Shown: positions 38,001 through 52,650 of the stretch, one piece after another
How positions within the stretch are numbered: the stretch's first letter is position 1
How the letters are laid out: every line of letters starts with the position of its first letter
Assembly (NCBI GenBank): GCA_964057225.1
Contig: OZ059897.1
Coordinates: forward strand, 2,976,001-3,040,000
Source: Auanema rhodensis
Taxonomy: Eukaryota > Animalia > Nematoda
Direction of reading: 5' to 3'
DNA: 64,000 nt
Translations under genes and position numbers: made by a program
Notes under the pieces: generated by a model
What the model was told of the DNA's origin: nothing
The model's database searches: none
What the model saw: only the letters and a program-made list of their open reading frames with translations

Positions 38001-41000
38001 TTGTATAGAGCGTTTCTCAATGTAGTATAGTGCATTCGATGCGGATTTTTAAGCTGCGTCGATCTGTGTTATCAGATTTGCGCTAGCTTAAAAATGCACC
38101 GAGTAATCAACTGATATATGTTCACACTTATATCCTCGATTTTCACCCTGAAGAAATGATTTTTTCGTTGAAAAACATTGTCCATCGTATTCGTCTTGAA
38201 AAAAGGAATCTAAAAACATCTACTTTTTGTGAAATTATTTAGAAATTTTTCGGGAAAATTTTTGTCAAAATGTTTTTGGAAGCAATGTTGAGTGTACATG
38301 GGAACTCAACATACACTAATGCATTATTTTTCAAACGATCATAACTAATTTTTGTATGGAGCGTTTCTCAATGTAGTATAGTGCATTCGATGCGGATTTT
38401 TAAGCTGCGTTGATCTGTGTTATCAGATTTGCGCTAGCTTAAAAATGCACCGAGTAATCAACTGATATAGGTTCACACTTATATCCTCGATTTTACCCTG
38501 AAGAATTAATTTTTTCGTTGAATAACATTGTCCATCGTCTTTGCCTTGAAAAAAGAAATCTAAAAACTCCTACTTTTCGTGAAATTATTTAGAAATTTTT
38601 CGGGAAAATTTTTGTCACAATGTTTTTGGAAGCAATGTTGAGTGTACATGGGAACTCAGCATACACTAATGCATTATTTTTCAAACGATCATAACTAATT
38701 TTTGTATAGAGCGTTTCTCAATGTAGTATAGTGCATTCGATGCGGATTTTTAAGCTGCGTCGATCTGTGTTATCAGATTTGAGTTAGCTTGAAAATGCAC
38801 CGAGATATCAACTGATATATGTTCACACTTATATCCTCGATTTTCACCCTGAAGAAATGATTTTTTCGTTGAAAAACATTGTCCATCGTATTCGTCTTGA
38901 AAAAAAGAATCTAAAAACATCTACTTTTTGTGAAATTATTCAGAAATTTTTCGGGAAAATTTTTGTCAAAATGTTTTTGGAAGCAATGTTGAGTGTACAT
39001 GGGAACTCAACATACACTAATGCATTATTTTTCAAACGATCATAACTAATTTTTGTATGGAGCGTTTCTCAATGTAGTATAGTGCATTCGATGCGGATTT
39101 TTAAGCTGCGTTGATCTGTGTTATCAGATTTGCGCTAGCTTAAAAATGCACCGAGTAATCAACTGATATATGTTCACACTTATATCCTCGATTTTCACCC
39201 TGAAGAATTAATTTTTTCGTTGAATAACATTGTCCATCATCTTTGCCTTGAAAAAAGAAATCTAAAAACTCCTACTTTTTGTGAAATTATTTAGAATTTT
39301 TTCGGGAAAATTTTTGTCACAATGTTTTTGGAAGCAATGTTGAGTGTACATGGGAACTCAGCATACACTAATGCATTATTTTTCAAACGATCATAACTAA
39401 TTTTTGTATGGAGCGTTTCTCAATGTAGTATAGTGCATTCGATGCGGATTTTTAAGCTGCGTTGATCTGTGTTATCAGATTTGCGCTAGCTTAAAAATGC
39501 ACCGAGTAATCAACTGATATAGGTTCACACTTATATCCTCGATTTTCACCCTGAAGAATTAATTTTTTCGTTGAATAACATTGTCCATCGTCTTTGCCTT
39601 GAAAAAAGAAATCTAAAAACTCCTACTTTTCGTGAAATTATTTAGAAATTTTTCGGGAAAATTTTTGTCACAATGTTTTTGGAAGCAATGTTGAGTGTAC
39701 ATGGGAACTCAGCATACACTAATGCATTATTTTTCAAACGATCATAACTAATTTTTGTATAGAGCGTTTCTCAATGTAGTATAGTGCATTCGATGCGGAT
39801 TTTTAAGCTGCGTCGATCTGTGTTATCAGATTTGAGTTAGCTTGAAAATGCACCGAGATATCAACTGATATATGTTCACACTTATATCCTCGATTTTCAC
39901 CCTGAAGAAATGATTTTTTCGTTGAAAAACATTGTCCATCGTATTCGTCTTGAAAAAAGGAATCTAAAAACATCTACTTTTTGTGAAATTATTCAGAAAT
40001 TTTTCGGGAAAATTTTTGTCAAAATGTTTTTGGAAGCAATGTTGAGTGTACATGGGAACTCAACATACACTAATGCATTATTTTTCAAACGATCATAACT
40101 AATTTTTGTATGGAGCGTTTCTCAATGTAGTATAGTGCATTCGATGCGGATTTTTAAGCTGCGTTGATCTGTGTTATCAGATTTGCGCTAGCTTAAAAAT
40201 GCACCGAGTAATCAACTGATATAGGTTCACACTTATATCCTCGATTTTCACCCTGAAGAATTAATTTTTTCGTTGAATAACATTGTCCATCATCTTTGCC
40301 TTGAAAAAAGAAATCTAAAAACTCCTACTTTTTGTGAAATTATTTAGAAATTTTTCGGGAAAATTTTTGTCACAATGTTTTTGGAAGCAATGTTGAGTGT
40401 ACATGGGAACTCAGCATACACTAATGCATTATTTTTCAAACGATCATAACTAATTTTTGTATGGAGCGTTTCTCAATGTAGTATAGTGCATTCGATGCGG
40501 ATTTTTAAGCTGCGTTGATCTGTGTTATCAGATTTGAGTTAACATAAAAATGCACCGAGATATCAACTGATATATGTTCACACTTATATCCTCGATTTTC
40601 ACCCTGAAGAAATGATTTTTTCGTTGAAAAACATTGTCCATCGTATTCGTCTTGAAAAAAGGAATCTAAAAACATCTACTTTTTGTGAAATTATTTAGAA
40701 ATTTTTCGGGAAAATTTTTGTCAAAATGTTTTTGGAAGCAATGTTGAGTGTACATGGGAACTCAACATACACTAATGCATTATTTTTCAAACGATCATAA
40801 CTAATTTTTGTATGGAGCGTTTCTCAATGTAGTATAGTGCATTCGATGCGGATTTTTAAGCTGCGTTGATCTGTGTTATCAGATTTGCGCTAGCTTAAAA
40901 ATGCACCGAGTAATCAACTGATATAGGTTCACACTTATATCCTCGATTTTACCCTGAAGAATTAATTTTTTCGTTGAATAACATTGTCCATCGTCTTTGC

Positions 41001-44000
41001 CTTGAAAAAAGAAATCTAAAAACTCCTACTTTTCGTGAAATTATTTAGAAATTTTTCGGGAAAATTTTTGTCACAATGTTTTTTGAAGCAATGTTGAGTG
41101 TACATGGGAACTCAACATACACTAATGCATTATTTTTCAAACGATCATAACTAATTTTTGTATGGAGCGTTTCTCAATGTAGTATAGTGCATTCGATGCG
41201 GATTTTTAAGCTGCGTTGATCTGTGTTATCAGATTTGCGCTAGCTTAAAAATGCACCGAGTAATCAACTGATATAGGTTCACACTTATATCCTCGATTTT
41301 ACCCTGAAGAATTAATTTTTTCGTTGAATAACATTGTCCATCGTCTTTGCCTTGAAAAAAGAAATCTAAAAACTCCTACTTTTCGTGAAATTATTTAGAA
41401 ATTTTTCGGGAAAATTTTTGTCACAATGTTTTTGGAAGCAATGTTGAGTGTACATGGGAACTCAGCATACACTAATGCATTATTTTTCAAACGATCATAA
41501 CTAATTTTTGTATAGAGCGTTTCTCAATGTAGTATAGTGCATTCGATGCGGATTTTTAAGCTGCGTCGATCTGTGTTATCAGATTTGAGTTAGCTTGAAA
41601 ATGCACCGAGATATCAACTGATATATGTTCACACTTATATCCTCGATTTTCACCCTGAAGAAATGATTTTTTCGTTGAAAAACATTGTCCATCGTATTCG
41701 TCTTGAAAAAAAGAATCTAAAAACATCTACTTTTTGTGAAATTATTCAGAAATTTTTCGGGAAAATTTTTGTCAAAATGTTTTTGGAAGCAATGTTGAGT
41801 GTACATGGGAACTCAACATACACTAATGCATTATTTTTCAAACGATCATAACTAATTTTTGTATGGAGCGTTTCTCAATGTAGTATAGTGCATTCGATGC
41901 GGATTTTTAAGCTGCGTTGATCTGTGTTATCAGATTTGCGCTAGCTTAAAAATGCACCGAGTAATCAACTGATATAGGTTCACACTTATATCCTCGATTT
42001 TCACCCTGAAGAATTAATTTTTTCGTTGAATAACATTGTCCATCGTCTTTGCCTTGAAAAAAGAAATCTAAAAACTCCTACTTTTCGTGAAATTATTTAG
42101 AAATTTTTCGGGAAAATTTTTGTCACAATGTTTTTTGAAGCAATGTTGAGTGTACATGGGAACTCAACATACACTAATGCATTATTTTTCAAACGATCAT
42201 AACTAATTTTTGTATGGAGCGTTTCTCAATGTAGTATAGTGCATTCGATGCGGATTTTTAAGCTGCGTTGATCTGTGTTATCAGATTTGCGCTAGCTTAA
42301 AAATGCACCGAGTAATCAACTGATATAGGTTCACACTTATATCCTCGATTTTACCCTGAAGAATTAATTTTTTCGTTGAATAACATTGTCCATCGTCTTT
42401 GCCTTGAAAAAAGAAATCTAAAAACTCCTACTTTTCGTGAAATTATTTAGAAATTTTTCGGGAAAATTTTTGTCACAATGTTTTTGGAAGCAATGTTGAG
42501 TGTACATGGGAACTCAGCATACACTAATGCATTATTTTTCAAACGATCATAACTAATTTTTGTATAGAGCGTTTCTCAATGTAGTATAGTGCATTCGATG
42601 CGGATTTTTAAGCTGCGTCGATCTGTGTTATCAGATTTGAGTTAGCTTGAAAATGCACCGAGATATCAACTGATATATGTTCACACTTATATCCTCGATT
42701 TTCACCCTGAAGAAATGATTTTTTCGTTGAAAAACATTGTCCATCGTATTCGTCTTGAAAAAAAGAATCTAAAAACATCTACTTTTTGTGAAATTATTCA
42801 GAAATTTTTCGGGAAAATTTTTGTCAAAATGTTTTTGGAAGCAATGTTGAGTGTACATGGGAACTCAACATACACTAATGCATTATTTTTCAAACGATCA
42901 TAACTAATTTTTGTATGGAGCGTTTCTCAATGTAGTATAGTGCATTCGATGCGGATTTTTAAGCTGCGTTGATCTGTGTTATCAGATTTGCGCTAGCTTA
43001 AAAATGCACCGAGTAATCAACTGATATAGGTTCACACTTATATCCTCGATTTTCACCCTGAAGAATTAATTTTTTCGTTGAATAACATTGTCCATCATCT
43101 TTGCCTTGAAAAAAGAAATCTAAAAACTCCTACTTTTTGTGAAATTATTTAGAATTTTTTCGGGAAAATTTTTGTCACAATGTTTTTGGAAGCAATGTTG
43201 AGTGTACATGGGAACTCAGCATACACTAATGCATTATTTTTCAAACGATCATAACTAATTTTTGTATGGAGCGTTTCTCAATGTAGTATAGTGCATTCGA
43301 TGCGGATTTTTAAGCTGCGTTGATCTGTGTTATCAGATTTGCGCTAGCTTAAAAATGCACCGAGTAATCAACTGATATAGGTTCACACTTATATCCTCGA
43401 TTTTCACCCTGAAGAATTAATTTTTTCGTTGAATAACATTGTCCATCGTCTTTGCCTTGAAAAAAGAAATCTAAAAACTCCTACTTTTCGTGAAATTATT
43501 TAGAAATTTTTCGGGAAAATTTTTGTCACAATGTTTTTGGAAGCAATGTTGAGTGTACATGGGAACTCAGCATACACTAATGCATTATTTTTCAAACGAT
43601 CATAACTAATTTTTGTATAGAGCGTTTCTCAATGTAGTATAGTGCATTCGATGCGGATTTTTAAGCTGCGTCGATCTGTGTTATCAGATTTGAGTTAGCT
43701 TGAAAATGCACCGAGATATCAACTGATATATGTTCACACTTATATCCTCGATTTTCACCCTGAAGAAATGATTTTTTCGTTGAAAAACATTGTCCATCGT
43801 ATTCGTCTTGAAAAAAAGAATCTAAAAACATCTACTTTTTGTGAAATTATTCAGAAATTTTTCGGGAAAATTTTTGTCAAAATGTTTTTGGAAGCAATGT
43901 TGAGTGTACATGGGAACTCAACATACACTAATGCATTATTTTTCAAACGATCATAACTAATTTTTGTATGGAGCGTTTCTCAATGTAGTATAGTGCATTC

Positions 44001-47000
44001 GATGCGGATTTTTAAGCTGCGTTGATCTGTGTTATCAGATTTGCGCTAGCTTAAAAATGCACCGAGTAATCAACTGATATAGGTTCACACTTATATCCTC
44101 GATTTTCACCCTGAAGAATTAATTTTTTCGTTGAATAACATTGTCCATCATCTTTGCCTTGAAAAAAGAAATCTAAAAACTCCTACTTTTTGTGAAATTA
44201 TTTAGAAATTTTTCGGGAAAATTTTTGTCACAATGTTTTTGGAAGCAATGTTGAGTGTACATGGGAACTCAGCATACACTAATGCATTATTTTTCAAACG
44301 ATCATAACTAATTTTTGTATGGAGCGTTTCTCAATGTAGTATAGTGCATTCGATGCGGATTTTTAAGCTGCGTTGATCTGTGTTATCAGATTTGCGCTAG
44401 CTTAAAAATGCACCGAGTAATCAACTGATATAGGTTCACACTTATATCCTCGATTTTCACCCTGAAGAATTAATTTTTTCGTTGAATAACATTGTCCATC
44501 GTCTTTGCCTTGAAAAAAGAAATCTAAAAACTCCTACTTTTCGTGAAATTATTTAGAAATTTTTCGGGAAAATTTTTGTCACAATGTTTTTGGAAGCAAT
44601 GTTGAGTGTACATGGGAACTCAGCATACACTAATGCATTATTTTTCAAACGATCATAACTAATTTTTGTTTAGAGCGTTTCTCAATGTAGTATAGTGCAT
44701 TCGATGCGGATTTTTAAGCTGCGTCGATCTGTGTTATCAGATTTGAGTTAGCTTGAAAATGCACCGAGATATCAACTGATATATGTTCACACTTATATCC
44801 TCGATTTTCACCCTGAAGAAATGATTTTTTCGTTGAAAAACATTGTCCATCGTATTCGTCTTGAAAAAAGGAATCTAAAAACATCTACTTTTTGTGAAAT
44901 TATTTAGAAATTTTTCGGGAAAATTTTTGTCACAATGTTTTTGGAAGCAATGTTGAGTGTACATGGGAACTCAGCATACACTAATGCATTATTTTTCAAA
45001 CGATCATAACTAATTTTTGTATAGAGCGTTTCTCAATGTAGTATAGTGCATTCGATGCGGATTTTTAAGCTGCGTCGATCTGTGTTATCAGATTTGAGTT
45101 AGCTTAAAAATGCACCGAGATATCAACTGATATATGTTCACACTTATATCCTCGATTTTCACCCTGAAGAAATGATTTTTTCGTTGAAAAACATTGTCCA
45201 TCGTATTCGTCTTGAAAAAAAGAATCTAAAAACATCTACTTTTTGTGAAATTATTCAGAAATTTTTCGGGAAAATTTTTGTCAAAATGTTTTTGGAAGCA
45301 ATGTTGAGTGTACATGGGAACTCAACATACACTAATGCATTATTTTTCAAACGATCATAACTAATTTTTGTATGGAGCGTTTCTCAATGTAGTATAGTGC
45401 ATTCGATGCGGATTTTTAAGCTGCGTTGATCTGTGTTATCAGATTTGCGCTAGCTTAAAAATGCACCGAGTAATCAACTGATATAGGTTCACACTTATAT
45501 CCTCGATTTTCACCCTGAAGAATTAATTTTTTCGTTGAATAACATTGTCCATCGTCTTTGCCTTGAAAAAAGAAATCTAAAAACTCCTACTTTTTGTGAA
45601 ATTATTTAGAAATTTTTCGGGAAAATTTTTGTCACAATGTTTTTGGAAGCAATGTTGAGTGTACATGGGAACTCAGCATACACTAATGCATTATTTTTCA
45701 AACGATCATAACTAATTTTTGTATGGAGCGTTTCTCAATGTAGTATAGTGCATTCGATGCGGATTTTTAAGCTGCGTTGATCTGTGTTATCAGATTTGCG
45801 CTAGCTTAAAAATGCACCGAGTAATCAACTGATATAGGTTCACACTTATATCCTCGATTTTCACCCTGAAGAATTAATTTTTTCGTTGAATAACGTTGTC
45901 CATCGTCTTTGCCTTGTAAAAAAAAATCTAAAAACTCCTACTTTTTGTGAAATTATTTAGAAATTTTTCGGGAAAATTTTTGTCACAATGTTTTTGGAAG
46001 CAATGTTGAGTGTACATGGGAACTCAGCATACACTAATGCATTATTTTTCAAACGATCATAACTAATTTTTGTATGGAGCGTTTCTCAATGTAGTATAGT
46101 GCATTCGATGCGGATTTTTAAGCTGCGTTGATCTGTGTTATCAGATTTGCGCTAGCTTAAAAATGCACCGAGTAATCAACTGATATAGGTTCACACTTAT
46201 ATCCTCGATTTTCACCCTGAAGAATTAATTTTTTCGTTGAATAACGTTGTCCATCGTCTTCGCCTTGTAAAAAAAAATCTAAAAACTCCTACTTTTTGTG
46301 AAATTATTTAGAAATTTTTCGGGAAAATTTTTGTCACAATGTTTTTGGAAGCAATGTTGAGTGTACATGGGAACTCAGCATACACTAATGCATTATTTTT
46401 CAAACGATCATAACTAATTTTTGTATAGAGCGTTTCTCAATGTAGTATAGTGCATTCGATGCGGATTTTTAAGCTGCGTCGATCTGTGTTATCAGATTTG
46501 AGTTAGCTTAAAAATGCACCGAGATATCAACTGATATATGTTCACACTTATATCCTCGATTTTCACCCTGAAGAAATGATTTTTTCGTTGAAAAACATTG
46601 TCCATCGTATTCGTCTTGAAAAAAAGAATCTAAAAACATCTACTTTTTGTGAAATTATTCAGAAAATTTTCGGGAAAATTTTTGTCAAAATGTTTTTGGA
46701 AGCAATGTTGAGTGTACATGGGAACTCAACATACACTAATGCATTATTTTTCAAACAATCATAACTAATTTTTGTATGGAGCGTTTCTCAATGTAGTATA
46801 GTGCATTCGATGCGGATTTTTAAGCTGCGTTGATCTGTGTTATCAGATTTGCGCTAGCTTAAAAATGCACCGAGTAATCAACTGATATAGGTTCACACTT
46901 ATATCCTCGATTTTCACCCTGAAGAATTAATTTTTTCGTTGAATAACATTGTCCATCATCTTTGCCTTGAAAAAAGAAATCTAAAAACTCCTACTTTTTG

Positions 47001-49699
47001 TGAAATTATTTAGAAATTTTTCGGGAAAATTTTTGTCACAATGTTTTTGGAAGCAATGTTGAGTGTACATGGGAACTCAGCATACACTAATGCATTATTT
47101 TTCAAACGATCATAACTAATTTTTGTATAGAGCGTTTCTCAATGTAGTATAGTGCATTCGATGCGGATTTTTAAGCTGCGTCGATCTGTGTTATCAGATT
47201 TGAGTTAGCTTGAAAATGCACCGAGATATCAACTGATATATGTTCACACTTATATCCTCGATTTTCACCCTGAAGAAATGATTTTTTCGTTGAAAAACAT
47301 TGTCCATCGTATTCGTCTTGAAAAAAGGAATCTAAAAACATCTACTTTTTGTGAAATTATTTAGAAATTTTTCGGGAAAATTTTTGTCACAATGTTTTTG
47401 GAAGCAATGTTGAGTGTACATGGGAACTCAGCATACACTAATGCATTATTTTTCAAACGATCATAACTAATTTTTGTATAGAGCGTTTCTCAATGTAGTA
47501 TAGTGCATTCGATGCGGATTTTTAAGCTGCGTCGATCTGTGTTATCAGATTTGAGTTAGCTTAAAAATGCACCGAGATATCAACTGATATATGTTCACAC
47601 TTATATCCTCGATTTTCACCCTGAAGAAATGATTTTTTCGTTGAAAAACATTGTCCATCGTATTCGTCTTGAAAAAAAGAATCTAAAAACATCTACTTTT
47701 TGTGAAATTATTCAGAAAATTTTCGGGAAAATTTTTGTCAAAATGTTTTTGGAAGCAATGTTGAGTGTACATGGGAACTCAACATACACTAATGCATTAT
47801 TTTTCAAACGATCATAACTAATTTTTGTATGGAGCGTTTCTCAATGTAGTATAGTGCATTCGATGCGGATTTTTAAGCTGCGTTGATCTGTGTTATCAGA
47901 TTTGCGCTAGCTTAAAAATGCACCGAGTAATCAACTGATATAGGTTCACACTTATATCCTCGATTTTCACCCTGAAGAATTAATTTTTTCGTTGAATAAC
48001 ATTGTCCATCATCTTTGCCTTGAAAAAAGAAATCTAAAAACTCCTACTTTTTGTGAAATTATTTAGAAATTTTTCGGGAAAATTTTTGTCACAATGTTTT
48101 TGGAAGCAATGTTGAGTGTACATGGGAACTCAGCATACACTAATGCATTATTTTTCAAACGATCATAACTAATTTTTGTATGGAGCGTTTCTCAATGTAG
48201 TATAGTGCATTCGATGCGGATTTTTAAGCTGCGTTGATCTGTGTTATCAGATTTGCGCTAGCTTAAAAATGCACCGAGTAATCAACTGATATAGGTTCAC
48301 ACTTATATCCTCGATTTTCACCCTGAAGAATTAATTTTTTCGTTGAATAACATTGTCCATCGTCTTTGCCTTGAAAAAAGAAATCTAAAAACTCCTACTT
48401 TTCGTGAAATTATTTAGAAATTTTTCGGGAAAATTTTTGTCACAATGTTTTTGGAAGCAATGTTGAGTGTACATGGGAACTCAGCATACACTAATGCATT
48501 ATTTTTCAAACGATCATAACTAATTTTTGTATAGAGCGTTTCTCAATGTAGTATAGTGCATTCGATGCGGATTTTTAAGCTGCGTCGATCTGTGTTATCA
48601 GATTTGAGTTAGCTTGAAAATGCACCGAGATATCAACTGATATATGTTCACACTTATATCCTCGATTTTCACCCTGAAGAAATGATTTTTTCGTTGAAAA
48701 ACATTGTCCATCGTATTCGTCTTGAAAAAAGAAATCTAAAAACATCTACTTTTTGTGAAATTATTTAGAAATTTTTCGGGAAAATTTTTGTCACAATGTT
48801 TTTGGAAGCAATGTTGAGTGTACATGGGAACTCAGCATACACTAATGCATTATTTTTCAAACGATCATAACTAATTTTTGTATAGAGCGTTTCTCAATGT
48901 AGTATAGTGCATTCGATGCGGATTTTTAAGCTGCGTCGATCTGTGTTATCAGATTTGAGTTAGCTTAAAAATGCACCGAGATATCAACTGATATATGTTC
49001 ACACTTATATCCTCGATTTTCACCCTGAAGAAATGATTTTTTCGTTGAAAAACAATGTCCATCGTATTCGTCTTGAAAAAAAGAATCTAAAAACATCTAC
49101 TTTTTGTGAAATTATTCAGAAATTTTTCGGGAAAATTTTTGTCAAAATGTTTTTGGAAGCAATGTTGAGTGTACATGGGAACTCAACATACACTAATGCA
49201 TTATTTTTCAAACGATCATAACTAATTTTTGTATGGAGCGTTTCTCAATGTAGTATAGTGCATTCGATGCGGATTTTTAAGCTGCGTCGATCTGTGTTAT
49301 CAGATTTGAGTTAGCTTAAAAATGCACCGAGATATCAACTGATATATGTTCACACTTATATCCTCGATTTTCACCCTGAAGAAATGATTTTTTCGTTGAA
49401 AAACATTGTCCATCGTATTCGTCTTGGAAAAAAGAATCTAAAAACATCTACTTTTTGTGAAATTATTCAGAAATTTTTCGGGAAAATTTTTGTCAAAATG
49501 TTTTTGGAAGCAATGTTGAGTGTACATGGGAACTCAACATACACTAATGCATTATTTTTCAAACGATCATAACTAATTTTTGTATGGAGCGTTTCTCAAT
49601 GTAGTATAGTGCACTCGATGCGGATTTTTGAGCTGCGTTGATCTGTGTTATCAGATTTGCGCTAGCTTAAAAATGCACCGAGTAATCAACTGATATATG

Positions 49700-52650
49700 T
49701 TCACACTTATATCCTCGATTTTCACCCTGAAGAAATGATTTTTTCGTTGAAAAACATTGTCCATCGTATTCGTCTTGAAAAAAAGAATCTAAAAACATCT
49801 ACTTTTTGTGAAATTATTCAGAAATTTTTCGGGAAAATTTTTGTCAAAATGTTTTTGGAAGCAATGTTGAGTGTACATGGGAACTCAACATACACTAATG
49901 CATTATTTTTCAAACGATCATAACTAATTTTTGTATGGAGCGTTTCTCAATGTAGTATAGTGCATTCGATGCGGATTTTTGAGCTGCGTTGATCTGTGTT
50001 ATCAGATTTGCGCTAGCTTAAAAATGCACCGAGTAATCAACTGATATAGGTTCACACTTATATCCTCGATTTTCACCCTGAAGAATTAATTTTTTCGTTG
50101 AATAACATTGTCCATCGTCTTTGCCTTGAGAAAAGAAATCTAAAAACTCCTACTTTTTGTGAAATTATTTAGAAATTTTTCGGGAAAATTTTTGTCACAA
50201 TGTTTTTGGAAGCAATGTTGAGTGTACATGGGAACTCAGCATACACTAATGCATTATTTTTCAAACGATCATAACTAATTTTTAAATAGAGCGTTTCTCA
50301 ATGTAGTATAGTGCATTCGATGCGGATTTTTGAGCTGCGTTGATCTGTGTTATCAGATTTGCGCTAGCTTAAAAATGCACCGAGTAATCAACTGATATAT
50401 GTTCACACTTATATCCTCGATTTTCACCCTGAAGAAATGATTTTTTCGTTGAAAAACATTGTCCATCGTATTCGTCTTGAAAAAAAGAATCTAAAAACAT
50501 CTACTTTTTGTGAAATTATTTAGAAATTTTTCGGGAAAATTTTTGTCACAATGTTTTTGGAAGCAATGTTGAGTGTACATGGGAACTCAGCATACACTAA
50601 TGCATTATTTTTCAAACGATCATAACTAATTTTTAAATAGAGCGTTTCTCAATGTAGTATAGTGCATTCGATGCGGATTTTTGAGCTGCGTTGATCTGTG
50701 TTATCAGATTCGAGTTAGCTTAAAAATGCACCGAGATATCAACTGATATATGTTCACACTTATATTCTCGATTTTCACCCTGAAGAAATGATTTTTTCGT
50801 TGAAAAACATTGTCCATCGTATTCGTCTTGAAAAAAAGAATCTAAAAACATCTACTTTTTGTGAAATTATTCAGAAATTTTTCGGGAAAATTTTTGTCAA
50901 AATGTTTTTGGAAGCAATGTTGAGTGTACATGGGAACTCAACATACACTAATGCATTATTTTTCAAACGATCATAACTAATTTTTGTATGGAGCGTTTCT
51001 CAATGTAGTATAGTGCATTCGATGCGGATTTTTAAGCTGCGTTGATCTGTGTTATCAGATTTGCGCTAGCTTAAAAATGCACCGAGTAATCAACTGATAT
51101 AGGTTCACACTTATATCCTCGATTTTCACCCTGAAGAATTAATTTTTTCGTTGAATAACATTGTCCATCGTCTTTGCCTTGAAAAAATAAATCTAAAAAC
51201 TCCTACTTTTCGTGAAATTATTTAGAAATTTTTCGGGAAAATTTTTGTCACAATGTTTTTGGAAGCAATGTTGAGTGTACATGGGAACTCAACATACACT
51301 AATGCATTATTTTTCAAACGATCATAACTAATTTTTGTATGGAGCGTTTCTCAATGTAGTATAGTGCATTCGATGCGGATTTTTGAGCTGCGTTGATCTG
51401 TGTTATCAGATTTGCGCTAGCTTAAAAATGCACCGAGTAATCAACTGATATAGGTTCACACTTATATCCTCGATTTTCACCCTGAAGAATTAATTTTTTC
51501 GTTGAATAACATTGTCCATCGTCTTTGCCTTGAGAAAAGAAATCTAAAAACTCCTACTTTTTGTGAAATTATTTAGAAATTTTTCGGGAAAATTTTTGTC
51601 ACAATGTTTTTGGAAGCAATGTTGAGTGTACATGGGAACTCAGCATACACTAATGCATTATTTTTCAAACGATCATAACTAATTTTTAAATAGAGCGTTT
51701 CTCAATGTAGTATAGTGCATTCGATGCGGATTTTTGAGCTGCGTTGATCTGTGTTATCAGATTTGCGCTAGCTTAAAAATGCACCGAGTAATCAACTGAT
51801 ATATGTTCACACTTATATCCTCGATTTTCACCCTGAAGAAATGATTTTTTCGTTGAAAAACATTGTCCATCGTATTCGTCTTGAAAAAAAGAATCTAAAA
51901 ACATCTACTTTTTGTGAAATTATTTAGAAATTTTTCGGGAAAATTTTTGTCACAATGTTTTTGGAAGCAATGTTGAGTGTACATGGGAACTCAGCATACA
52001 CTAATGCATTATTTTTCAAACGATCATAACTAATTTTTAAATAGAGCGTTTCTCAATGTAGTATAGTGCATTCGATGCGGATTTTTGAGCTGCGTTGATC
52101 TGTGTTATCAGATTTGAGTTAGCTTAAAAATGCACCGAGATATCAACTGATATATGTTCACACTTATATTCTCGATTTTCACCCTGAAGAAATGATTTTT
52201 TCGTTGAAAAACATTGTCCATCGTATTCGTCTTGAAAAAAAGAATCTAAAAACATCTACTTTTTGTGAAATTATTCAGAAATTTTTCGGGAAAATTTTTG
52301 TCAAAATGTTTTTGGAAGCAATGTTGAGTGTACATGGGAACTCAACATACACTAATGCATTATTTTTCAAACGATCATAACTAATTTTTGTATGGAGCGT
52401 TTCTCAATGTAGTATAGTGCATTCGATGCGGATTTTTAAGCTGCGTTGATCTGTGTTATCAGATTTGCGCTAGCTTAAAAATGCACCGAGTAATCAACTG
52501 ATATAGGTTCACACTTATATCCTCGATTTTCACCCTGAAGAATTAATTTTTTCGTTGAATAACATTGTCCATCGTCTTTGCCTTGAAAAAAGAAATCTAA
52601 AAACTCCTACTTTTCGTGAAATTATTTAGAAATTTTTCGGGAAAATTTTT
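49700..52650. repeat. 4-monomer (1404 bp) tandem block duplication; boundaries approximate
   Basis: tttAAatag pairs at ~50284/50635 recur at ~51688/52039; the tatatTctcg allele precedes ORFs 50788 and 52192. Confidence 0.8.
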
